Below, piece after piece: positions 27,503 to 35,290 of a DNA stretch of 64,000 nucleotides (within the stretch, counting starts at the first letter, position 1; every line of letters begins with the position of its first letter). Source of the DNA: Acidobacteriaceae bacterium (GTDB lineage: Bacteria; Acidobacteriota; Terriglobia; Terriglobales; Acidobacteriaceae). The translations under genes were made by a program, and so were the position numbers. Under the pieces are notes generated by a model that was not told the origin of the DNA, did not search any database, and saw only the letters and a program-made list of their open reading frames with translations. Location: NCBI GenBank assembly GCA_027307045.1, contig DAHUXR010000006.1:14185-78184 (forward strand). Reading direction: 5' to 3'.

Positions 27503-29122
27503 ATGCGGCCAAAAGTGGCCTATAATTTAGTTACCTTGAGAAAACCAGCTGGTATTGTTCTCTCACTGCTGTTTTTGGCCGCCTGCGCAGTTCTCTCTTC
27601 GGCCCAACAGCATTCCGGCCCCACCGGTGTGAGCCGGCTGCTGTTGATCATACCCTTTGAGAACGCTTCCAGCGCCGCCGGAACTGATTGGATCAGTGAG
27701 TCCTTTCCTGAAGTTTTGAGCACGCGCCTGAGCCCCAGTGGATTTTTCGTGATGGGACGAGACGACCGGCTCAACGCTTTCGATCGGCTCGGCATTCCTC
27801 CAGGTGCCAAGCCTTCGCGCGCCACTCTTTATCAGGTCGGCCAGCAATTGGACGCAGACTTTTTAGTCATGGGCGACTATCGCGTTGATCAAGCCAACAT
27901 TACAGCGCATGCCCGCGTTATGGATATGGAGCGGCTTCGTCTGAGCCCTGAATTCACGGAGTCCGGCCCGCTGGCCAATCTCATTGCTATTCAGACCGCC
28001 CTGGCATGGGACATCCTGAATATGTTAAGCCCCGGCACCCCTGCTAAAGAAAGTTTTGTCGCCCAGTTCCCTGCTCAGCGGCCAGATGTTTTGGAGAACT
28101 ATGTGCGCGGCATCATAGCAACCAACACTCAGGAGAAGATCAAATACTTTAAGGAAGCTGTGCGGCTGGAGCCAACGCATGCTCTTGCCATGTTGCAACT
28201 GGGCAAAAGCTATTACAAAGAGCGGGACTACGAGCCAGCCGCAAGCTGGCTTGCGCGCATTCCCAAAGGCGACGCAAATGCCAATGAAGCCCAGTTTTAT
28301 CTGGGGCTGGCAACATTCTATGCGGGCCATATGGACAGAGCAGAAAGTGCCTTCCAAACACTTGCTGCGCGGCTGCCACTAACTGAGGTCTTAAACAATC
28401 TGGGCGTGGTGGCGGCGCGTCGGGGGGAGAAGAGTGCGCGCGGCTACTTTGAAAGGACCGTGCAGACCGATCCCAACGAACCCGATTATCGCTTCAATCT
28501 GGCAGTCGCTCTGTTCCGCGAAGGCGACACGCAGGGCGCCGCGCGCGAGCTGCGTGAGCTGTTGGCCATTCACCCGGATGCAGAAGCAAAGACCTTCCTG
28601 GAGGCAATTGCTTCCGGCGCACAACCTGCCCGCATGCCGCTGGAGCGCATCAGGCGCAACTATGACGAATCCACTTTCCGCCAAATCGCCCTGGAAATCG
28701 AGAATACGAATGAGGCGCGCCTCGCGAAGTCCGATCCGGCAAGCCATGCCGCCTTTCACGTGCGGCACGGTCAGGAACTGTTGCAGTCGGGCCTGCCGGG
28801 GGAAGCAGAAAAGGAGTTTCGAGAGGCCGTGGTGCTTGATCCCAGCAGTGCAGCGGCCCATGCTGGTTTGGCTGCGGTGCTTGAGAACGATCAGGACATT
28901 CCGGGCGCGCGCAACGAGGCCCGCATGGCCATAAAGTTACAGCCAACGGCCGACGCCTATCTGGTGATGGCCCGGTTGGACCTGGCGGAAAACAAGCCAG
29001 CTTCAGCCGCACAAAATATTGACCATGCTTTGGCTCTTGATCCTGCGAATGCTGCGGCGATTGCGCTGAAGCGCGATATCGCATCGGGAGCCGCGGGTAA
29101 GCCAACATCTCCGCGTCCTTGA
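27503..29122 (+). CDS. Secreted TPR-repeat protein
   Basis: Signal/anchor 'IVLSLLFLAACAVLSSAQQ'. Multiple TPR-like units (for example 'AMLQLGKSYYKERDYEPAASWLARI', 'YRFNLAVALFREGDTQGAARELRELL'). Confidence 0.75.
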   Translation: MRPKVAYNLVTLRKPAGIVLSLLFLAACAVLSSAQQHSGPTGVSRLLLIIPFENASSAAGTDWISESFPEVLSTRLSPSGFFVMGRDDRLNAFDRLGIPPGAKPSRATLYQVGQQLDADFLVMGDYRVDQANITAHARVMDMERLRLSPEFTESGPLANLIAIQTALAWDILNMLSPGTPAKESFVAQFPAQRPDVLENYVRGIIATNTQEKIKYFKEAVRLEPTHALAMLQLGKSYYKERDYEPAASWLARIPKGDANANEAQFYLGLATFYAGHMDRAESAFQTLAARLPLTEVLNNLGVVAARRGEKSARGYFERTVQTDPNEPDYRFNLAVALFREGDTQGAARELRELLAIHPDAEAKTFLEAIASGAQPARMPLERIRRNYDESTFRQIALEIENTNEARLAKSDPASHAAFHVRHGQELLQSGLPGEAEKEFREAVVLDPSSAAAHAGLAAVLENDQDIPGARNEARMAIKLQPTADAYLVMARLDLAENKPASAAQNIDHALALDPANAAAIALKRDIASGAAGKPTSPRP

Positions 29123-29131
29123 GGTAAAGTT

Positions 29132-30457
29132 ATGCGTAATCTGCTTTTCAAAGTCGGAATTTCCAGGATCGCGATCGTATTTGCGCTGTTCTTGATTTCG
29201 CGTGCTGCTTCAGCAGACGTGCTGAAGATTGTGGTAAATGACACCATACATCCGTTGATTGCTGAGAGGTTTGACTGGGCCATTCAAGAGGCGGAGCGAA
29301 CGCATGCCGACGCACTCCTCATCGAGTTGCGTACTCCGGGCGGCCTCATGTCTTCAATGGAACAAATCATTCAGAAGCTGCTCGCTGCCAAGGTTCCTAC
29401 CATCATCTACGTGACTCCAGCCGGCAGCGATGCCTCTTCAGCCGGCTTTTTCATTCTGGAGGCTGCCGATGTCGCCGCCATGGCGCCAAGCACCAATACC
29501 GGGGCCGCGCATCCGGTGTGGGGTGACGGACATACCATGGACCCGATCATGAAAGAAAAGCTGGAAAATTACGCGGCTTCCCTGTTGCGGTCTTACACTG
29601 GCAAGCGTGGCCGCAACGTGAGTGTGGCTGAGAGCGCGGTCCGCCAATCGAAATCCTTCACCGCGGATGAAGCCATTACACAACATCTGGTCGACTACAT
29701 TGCTACCGATGACAACGATCTCTTTCGGCAATTGGAAGGTAAAACCATCACGCGCTTTGATGGATCCAAAACCGTGCTGCATCTTGCGGGCAAGCCAGTC
29801 CATCTTCAGCAGCTCACACTGCGGCAGCAGACACTCTCCGTTCTGATGGATCCAAACATTTCTTTCATCATTTTCGCACTGGGATTGCTGTGCATCTTCT
29901 TCGAATTCAACCACCCTGGAGCGCTTTTGCCCGGAGTGGTGGGGTTTATTGCAGTTGCGATTTCACTCTATACCTTACAGTTGCTTCCCTTACGGTCCAT
30001 GGCGTTGGTGATGATCATCGCTTCTTTCGCGATGTTCGTACTGGAAGCGAAGCTTCAGACGCACGGCATTGCTGGGACTGGTGGCATTGTTTTAATGGTG
30101 ATCGGTGCGCTGTTATTGGTCGATGGACCGATCCCGCAAATGCGCGTACATCTCTGGGCCGCCTTATCTGTAGCGCTCCCGATTGGAATCATCACGATCT
30201 TTCTAATGACTATCGCATTCAAGGCCCGTAGAAACAAAGTCGTAACCGGCGCGCAAGGGATGATCGGTGAAGTGGCGATTGTCTGTGCCCCGCTCACGCC
30301 TTCCGGCAAGGTCTTCGTCCAGGGCGAACTCTGGGATGCGATCTCGCCGGCCAATGTGGATGCTGGACGCCGAGTGGTGGTTCGCCAGGTAGAGAACCTG
30401 GTGCTGCACGTGGAACCAGTGCACGAGGCAATACCTCAGCCTTCGATTGCAGGATAA
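29132..30457 (+). CDS. NfeD family membrane-bound ClpP-class serine protease
   Basis: N-terminal ClpP-like domain 'ALLIELRTPGGLMSSMEQII...SDASSAGFFIL', a central 4-5 TM block, and a C-terminal OB-fold 'GKVFVQGELWDAIS'. Confidence 0.85.
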   Translation: MRNLLFKVGISRIAIVFALFLISRAASADVLKIVVNDTIHPLIAERFDWAIQEAERTHADALLIELRTPGGLMSSMEQIIQKLLAAKVPTIIYVTPAGSDASSAGFFILEAADVAAMAPSTNTGAAHPVWGDGHTMDPIMKEKLENYAASLLRSYTGKRGRNVSVAESAVRQSKSFTADEAITQHLVDYIATDDNDLFRQLEGKTITRFDGSKTVLHLAGKPVHLQQLTLRQQTLSVLMDPNISFIIFALGLLCIFFEFNHPGALLPGVVGFIAVAISLYTLQLLPLRSMALVMIIASFAMFVLEAKLQTHGIAGTGGIVLMVIGALLLVDGPIPQMRVHLWAALSVALPIGIITIFLMTIAFKARRNKVVTGAQGMIGEVAIVCAPLTPSGKVFVQGELWDAISPANVDAGRRVVVRQVENLVLHVEPVHEAIPQPSIAG

Positions 30458-30516
30458 TTTTTGCTTTTGTCATCCGTGTGCCATAAAATCCGTTCGACTT
30501 TCCCAATCGTGCTCTG

Positions 30517-31290
30517 ATGGAGGCGCCTGTGCTTTTTGTCCTTGTTCCGGTTGTCATTGTTCTTCTCTATATTTTTAACTGCATCAAGATCCTGCGTGAA
30601 TATGAGCGCGGCGTGATCTTTTCCCTTGGCCGCCTCCAGCAGGATGCAAAAGGCCCAGGACTCATCCTGGTATTCCCTCCAATCCAGAAAATGGTGCGGA
30701 TTGACTTGCGCCAGCAAGCCCTTGAAGTCCCGCCCCAGGACATCATCACCCGCGACAACGTGACTTTGAAAGTGAACGCCGTGATCTATTGGCGCGTGGT
30801 CAATGCACCGCAGGCAGTGGTGCAGGTGCAGAACTATTACTGGCAGACACAGCAGTTTGCCCAGACCACATTGCGCTCGGTGCTAGGCGAAGTCGAATTG
30901 GACGAATTGTTGGCGCACCGCGACAAACTGAATACCCGTATCCAGAGCATTCTGGACCAGCACACCGCACCCTACGGCGTGAAAGTCTCCAACGTCGAAG
31001 TAAAGCAGGTTGATCTTCCTGAATCAATGCTGCGCGCCATGGCCAAACAGGCGGAAGCCGAGCGCGAAAAGCGCGCGAAGATCATCCACGCGGAAGGCGA
31101 ATTTTCGGCCTCGCAAAGGCTGATGGAAGCGGCCCACATCCTCTCTGGCGAGCCTATCGCAATCCAGTTGCGCTACCTGCAAACCCTTACTGAAATTGGC
31201 GTGGAAAAGAACACCACCATCGTCTTCCCGTTACCAGTGGACATGATCTCCGCGATTACTAAGGCGGTAGAAAAGATCTCCAACAGATAG
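30517..31290 (+). CDS. SPFH/Band 7 (stomatin-like, slipin) protein
   Basis: '[16 protein letters not shown]...[20 protein letters not shown]...[18 protein letters not shown]' is the canonical stomatin core. The coiled coil '[17 protein letters not shown]' follows. Confidence 0.9.
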   Translation: MEAPVLFVLVPVVIVLLYIFNCIKILREYERGVIFSLGRLQQDAKGPGLILVFPPIQKMVRIDLRQQALEVPPQDIITRDNVTLKVNAVIYWRVVNAPQAVVQVQNYYWQTQQFAQTTLRSVLGEVELDELLAHRDKLNTRIQSILDQHTAPYGVKVSNVEVKQVDLPESMLRAMAKQAEAEREKRAKIIHAEGEFSASQRLMEAAHILSGEPIAIQLRYLQTLTEIGVEKNTTIVFPLPVDMISAITKAVEKISNR

Positions 31291-31339
31291 AAATCGGGTT
31301 ACACTGGGGGCAAGCTTAAGCTCAAAAACCGGGGGAGAA

Positions 31340-31975
31340 ATGGCAACTGGGACACAGATGTCGGCAAAAGAAGACGATCAGGTGCGCGACACTGAAATCA
31401 CGCTGAGTACCGGCAAACTTCTTGGCATCTTTTTTGCCCTGGCGATTGTATGCGGCGTGTTTTTTACTATGGGATATCTGCTGGGTAAGAGCAACAGCGC
31501 CGGCGGAAGAACTGAGATCGTGGCCACGGTGCCCAGCAGCAGCGCGGGAAAGCCTTATGCCGGCAACAAGACTCCTGAGGCTCTCACGCAGACCTGTCCT
31601 CCTGGATCGCCTAACTGCGCGGCCGCTACAGCCAGCGACACAAGCTCAGCCACTAAGCCTTCTGATCAACCAGCCACGGCCCAGCCCACATCCGGCAGCA
31701 AACCGTCGGATCAAAGCACGGCGCAATCTGCGGGAACAGACGCTAAAAGCGGCGCCGTGAGCTCTTTCATGGTTCAAGTGGCAGCCGTCTCGAAACAGGA
31801 AGATGCTGAGATCCTGGTTACTGCACTGCGGAAGAAACAATATCCGGTCTTCATCGCCAATGCAGCCGGCGATCCCTTGTTCCACGTGCAGGTTGGTCCA
31901 TTCACCGACAGGAAAGATGCCGAGGCCATGCGCACTCGTTTGTCGGGCGATGGTTATAACGCGATCGTGAAGTAG
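31340..31975 (+). CDS. SPOR domain-containing membrane protein
   Basis: TM 'LLGIFFALAIVCGVFFTMGYLLG', a low-complexity linker, and a C-terminal SPOR 'FMVQVAAVSKQEDAEILVTALRKKQYPVFI...FHVQVGPFTDRKDAEAMRTRL'. Confidence 0.8.
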   Translation: MATGTQMSAKEDDQVRDTEITLSTGKLLGIFFALAIVCGVFFTMGYLLGKSNSAGGRTEIVATVPSSSAGKPYAGNKTPEALTQTCPPGSPNCAAATASDTSSATKPSDQPATAQPTSGSKPSDQSTAQSAGTDAKSGAVSSFMVQVAAVSKQEDAEILVTALRKKQYPVFIANAAGDPLFHVQVGPFTDRKDAEAMRTRLSGDGYNAIVK

Positions 31976-32131
31976 AGCTTTTTTCTGAAATCCCGAATCC
32001 GCCCAGCGGGTGAGGGAACCCTATTACAACTTAGGGAATCGCAACTTGCGCAGCGCGATGCATATCGGCAAAAGCGGACTGCGTAGTAACGATAAGGTTC
32101 CCTCGCTACGCTCGGGATTACAGAAAAAGCT
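31976..32131. repeat. Long imperfect palindrome filling the convergent gap (SPOR gene / Moco gene)
   Basis: Outer arms 'agcttttttctgaaatcccga' (31976-31996) and 'tcgggattacagaaaaagct' (32112-32131). Inner arms 'gagggaacc' (32012-32020) and 'ggttccctc' (32097-32105). No U-tract lies outside the stem. Confidence 0.6.
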
Positions 32132-32756
32132 AGTCCGTATCAAACCGCTGTTCCAGAAATGGATCGCCATACATGTGATAGCCGTTCTGCTCCCAGAAAC
32201 CGGGAACATCGTGCTCTGTAAACTCCAGTCCCCGCACCCACTTCACTGATTTCCACGCATAAAGATGCGGCACAATCAAGCGGAGCGGATAGCCGTGGTC
32301 GGCAGTGAGCGGCTGGCCGTCATGGTGCGTGGCAAAGAGAACATCGCCGCGGTCAAGATCGATTAAAGGCACGTTGGCGGTGAAGCCCTGTTCGGCATGT
32401 ACAAGAACGTACTTCGCTTCCGGCTTAAGTTTCACCAGCTTAAGAACTTCCTGGAATGCAACGCCTTGCCAGTCATTGTCAAAGCGGCTCCAGCGTGTGA
32501 CGCAGTGGAAGTCACTGTGGGTTTTGACTTTGGGCAGCTTGTTGAATTCGTCCCATTTGAGCCGCAGCGGCTGTTCTACCAGTCCGCGAATGTGGAAGTC
32601 CCAACGCGCAGGATCAAACCGTGGTATCGACCCGTAATGCAAAACAGGCCATTTTAGCGTGAGTGACTGGCCGGGCGGCAGACGTCCTGCCTGGAGCACC
32701 TGCTGCTCTTTTTCTTTGCGTTCATTGCCGGAAAAGATGCCGATGTCGTCGTCCAT
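32130..32756 (-). CDS. Sulfite oxidase-like molybdopterin oxidoreductase (single Moco domain)
   Basis: 'RLPPGQSLTLKWPVLHYGSIP...W.F.I.GLVEQPLRLKWDEF..LP....HSDFHCVTRWSRFDNDWQGV' matches the short sulfite-oxidase-like family pattern as I recall it. Confidence 0.8.
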   Translation of the reverse strand: MDDDIGIFSGNERKEKEQQVLQAGRLPPGQSLTLKWPVLHYGSIPRFDPARWDFHIRGLVEQPLRLKWDEFNKLPKVKTHSDFHCVTRWSRFDNDWQGVAFQEVLKLVKLKPEAKYVLVHAEQGFTANVPLIDLDRGDVLFATHHDGQPLTADHGYPLRLIVPHLYAWKSVKWVRGLEFTEHDVPGFWEQNGYHMYGDPFLEQRFDTD

Positions 32757-32895
32757 GGGGACATTTTAAATGCTTTGGTACGAGGCGATTGCAGGAAAGC
32801 AAACCTTGATTTTCTTTCACCCTGATGAGACTCCCGCCGTAGGGCTGCGGTTAAATAGATGCTCCCATCATTGGCATTGCGCGAAAGAAGAATAT

Positions 32896-32924
32896 TTGAC
32901 TGTCCCGCGTCTCAGGTGTAGGAT
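32896..32924 (+). promoter_or_regulatory. Candidate sigma-70 promoter for the Cys/Met mini-ORF
   Basis: -35 'ttgact' (32896-32901), 17-nt spacer, -10 'taggat' (32919-32924). The implied TSS is only ~5 nt before ATG 32936, so the leader would be very short or absent. No SD is visible. Confidence 0.3.
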
Positions 32925-32935
32925 TTGACACTCAG

Positions 32936-33040
32936 ATGCAACAGTTATTCACCAACCCGGCTTTCGCCAGCAACATGGCCATGTGTTGCTGTATGTGTAT
33001 GTGTACACGCGAGCGGCCGGTGCTGAGCAATTTTTCTTAG
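32936..33040 (+). CDS. Candidate 34-codon leader peptide MQQLFTNPAFASNMAMCCCMCMCTRERPVLSNFS
   Basis: Hand-translated ATG..TAG ORF, too short for the track. It carries 5 Cys and 3 Met in 8 consecutive codons (32981-33004). It is followed by a stem-loop plus T5. The coding call rests on context only. Confidence 0.45.
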   Translation: MQQLFTNPAFASNMAMCCCMCMCTRERPVLSNFS

Positions 33041-33071
33041 ATTTAGACTCAGATTTAGACCGGGGCCGCTC
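33011..33071 (+). promoter_or_regulatory. Candidate antiterminator pairing (segment 2 : segment 3)
   Basis: 'gagcggcc' at 33011-33018 (codons E26-R27-P28 of the mini-ORF) is identical to the 3' terminator arm (33077-33084). It can therefore pair with the 5' arm 'ggccgctc' (33064-33071). The two structures are mutually exclusive. Confidence 0.45.
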
Positions 33072-33089
33072 AAAGTGAGCGGCCTTTTT
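33064..33089 (+). terminator. Intrinsic terminator between the mini-ORF and the ATP-grasp gene
   Basis: 'ggccgctc' + loop 'aaagt' + 'gagcggcc' + 'ttttt'. An 8-bp GC-rich stem is followed directly by T5. Confidence 0.7.
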
Positions 33090-33139
33090 GCTTGGCTTCT
33101 CACACGGGACAAGCGGCGCCTCTCAGGAAAGAGGAAGGC

Positions 33140-34105
33140 ATGTCAAAGCTGAAGAAGCCAATCGCAATTTACTATGAACACCCGCACTGGTTCGTTCCGC
33201 TCTTCAAGGAGCTGGAGCGCCGGGGAGTTCCATTCGTCCGCATTGACGCGGCCCAACACCATTTCGATCCTGCCCATTTGAATGGCGAAGGCGGATACTC
33301 ACTGGTGTTCAATCGAATGAGTCCTTCCGCCTATCGTCGAGGCCACGGCCAGGCAATCTTCTACACGCTCTATTACCTCGACCATCTGGAGCAGCGTGGC
33401 AAGCGAATTGTGAACGGACAAAAGGCGTTTCGCTATGAGACATCGAAAGCCCTGCAGCTTTCACTGCTTGAGAGGCTTGGACTTCCCTATCCTAAGAGCC
33501 GCGTAATCAATAACCCTGCTGACGCGGTGCAGGCTTCTGAAGGGCTGCGCTTCCCTATCGTGGTGAAGCCGAACATTGGCGGCAGCGGCGCCGGCGTCAC
33601 AAAGTTCAATTCGTGTCAGGAACTTGAGGCTGCGGCCAAAGCAGGCACGCTCGATCTAGGCCTGGACACAACTGCTTTAGTGCAGGAATTCATTCCTGCG
33701 CGCGGCGGCCATATTGTTCGGGTTGAAGTAGTCGGCGGTAAGTTTCTCTACGGAATCAAAGTCCACCTTACCGGTGAAACCTTCGATCTCTGCCCGGCGG
33801 ACATCTGCAAGACCACAGGCGGCCAGGAACTGGCCCGGGCAGCATGCCCCGTCGATGCGCCGAAAACGGGCCTTAAAGTTGAGGGCTACACGCCATCGGA
33901 CGAAATTATTCAGCAAGTCGAACGCATCATGCAGGAAGCGCAAATTGAAGTTGGCGGCATTGAGTACATCATCGATGATCGCGACGGCAAGCTTTATTTC
34001 TATGACATCAACGCGCTTTCTAACTTTGTTGCTGACGGACCGAAGGTAGTTGGCTTTGATCCGTTCGTGCGGTTAGTGGACTTTCTGGAAAAGGAGGCCG
34101 TGTAA
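33140..34105 (+). CDS. ATP-grasp domain protein (RimK/glutathione-synthetase-like ligase fold), substrate unknown
   Basis: 'FPIVVKPNIGGSGAGV' P-loop-like strand, 'ALVQEFIP..GGHIVRVEVVGGKFLYGI', 'GGIEYIIDDRDGKLYFYDINALSNF' (Mg/ATP-binding end of the ATP-grasp fold). The track start (TTG 33092) abuts the terminator. ATG 33140 has SD 'gaggaagg'. Confidence 0.8.
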   Translation: MSKLKKPIAIYYEHPHWFVPLFKELERRGVPFVRIDAAQHHFDPAHLNGEGGYSLVFNRMSPSAYRRGHGQAIFYTLYYLDHLEQRGKRIVNGQKAFRYETSKALQLSLLERLGLPYPKSRVINNPADAVQASEGLRFPIVVKPNIGGSGAGVTKFNSCQELEAAAKAGTLDLGLDTTALVQEFIPARGGHIVRVEVVGGKFLYGIKVHLTGETFDLCPADICKTTGGQELARAACPVDAPKTGLKVEGYTPSDEIIQQVERIMQEAQIEVGGIEYIIDDRDGKLYFYDINALSNFVADGPKVVGFDPFVRLVDFLEKEAV

Positions 34106-35151
34106 TGCGATACGGATATTGGCTTCCTGTTTTCGGTGGCTGGCTGCGCAACGTGGAAGATGAGCAGATGGAAACCAGCTGGGCATACGTCAGCCGGCTG
34201 GCGCGGCGCAGTGAAGAGATCGGCTTTGACCTCACGCTGATTGCCGAACTCAACTTGAATGACATCAAGGGCCCGGAAGAGCCATCGCTCGACGCATGGT
34301 CTACGGCTGCGGCGCTGGCCGCTGTGACACACCGGCTTGAACTGATGGTGGCAGTGCGGCCCACGTTCCACAATCCCGCGCTGCTGGCCAAACAGGCGGC
34401 AAATATCGACCACATCAGCAATGGCCGCGTTTCGCTAAATGTAGTTTCATCATGGTGGGCAGAGGAAGCGCGGAAGTATGGCGTGCAATTTGATAAGCAT
34501 GATGATCGCTATGCCCGCACTTCAGAGTGGCTGGACGTGGTGGACCAGGCATGGAGACACGATCACGTAAATTACGACGGCAAATATTACAGAGTTGACG
34601 ATCTAGTCTTGCAACCCAAGCCAGTGTCGCACCCACGCCCGGTAATTTACGCCGGTGGAGAATCAGAAGCAGCGAAGAACCTAATTTCGCAGAAATGCGA
34701 CGCGTACGTGATGCACGGCGACCCGCCAGAAAAGATCCGCGAGAAAGTCCGCGATCTCTCCGCTCGTCGCGAAAGATGGGGACTGCCGCCCATGCAATTC
34801 GGCGTGGCGGCATACGCTATTGTGCGCGATACCGAGCGCGAAGCCCAGGACGAACTGCGCCGCATCACTGACGTGCAACAGAACGCAGCCGGATACCAGA
34901 ATTACCAGCAATGGCTGGCTAACACGCAACTGGAGCAGCGCGTGTCTCTTGAAGATTACTCGGTCTCGAATCGCGGCCTGCGGTCCGGGCTTGTGGGAAC
35001 TCCGGAGCAGGTGGCAGAGCGCATCGCCGAATTTGAAGCTGCCGGCGCCGACTTGTTGCTATTGCAATTCAGCCCTCAGATGGAAGAGATGGAGCGGTTT
35101 TCACGCCAGGTAATCCGGGCCGGTGCGCGGGTACTTGCCCACGCAGTTTAA
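34105..35151 (+). CDS. LLM-class (luciferase-like) flavin-dependent monooxygenase, SsuD/SfnG-like by recollection
   Basis: 'YGYWLPVFGGW', 'NGRVSLNVVSSWW', 'HDDRYARTSEWLDVV', 'RPVIYAGGESEAA' and 'GLVGTPEQVAERIAEF' occur in the order I recall for FMNH2-dependent sulfonate/sulfone monooxygenases. The ATG overlaps the ATP-grasp stop (TAATG). Confidence 0.8.
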   Translation: MRYGYWLPVFGGWLRNVEDEQMETSWAYVSRLARRSEEIGFDLTLIAELNLNDIKGPEEPSLDAWSTAAALAAVTHRLELMVAVRPTFHNPALLAKQAANIDHISNGRVSLNVVSSWWAEEARKYGVQFDKHDDRYARTSEWLDVVDQAWRHDHVNYDGKYYRVDDLVLQPKPVSHPRPVIYAGGESEAAKNLISQKCDAYVMHGDPPEKIREKVRDLSARRERWGLPPMQFGVAAYAIVRDTEREAQDELRRITDVQQNAAGYQNYQQWLANTQLEQRVSLEDYSVSNRGLRSGLVGTPEQVAERIAEFEAAGADLLLLQFSPQMEEMERFSRQVIRAGARVLAHAV

Positions 35152-35207
35152 AACGAGGTTCGCGTCCCGCGAAACTGAGGAGTTGCCCCCAGGCTGCTCT
35201 TCAGATA

Positions 35208-35246
35208 GCAGACGAGCTTCATGCTCCTTCCCGGAAGCTCGTCTGC
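35208..35246. terminator. Perfect 13-bp hairpin between convergent genes (bidirectional terminator candidate)
   Basis: 'gcagacgagcttc' (35208-35220) pairs with 'gaagctcgtctgc' (35234-35246), with a 13-nt loop. There is no clean U-tract. Confidence 0.5.
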
Positions 35247-35290
35247 TTGCAAATTTCCTGTCCAGAACCCACGCTGGCCTTTTCGCCCCA

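Noticed and set aside
32822-32829. CTGATGAG string (hammerhead ribozyme core) in the Moco-gene / mini-ORF divergent region.
   Set aside because: There is no downstream GAAA core element and no three-stem arrangement around it. An 8-mer alone is expected by chance.
32936-33040. Cys-rich mini-ORF interpreted as a graspetide/RiPP precursor for the adjacent ATP-grasp enzyme, or as a metallothionein-like peptide.
   Set aside because: An intrinsic terminator separates it from the enzymes. The peptide lacks the Ser/Thr plus Asp/Glu (or Lys) core residues used by graspetide ligases. The duplicated terminator-arm octamer inside the ORF is better explained by attenuation. This reading is not fully excluded and is mentioned as an alternative in the findings.
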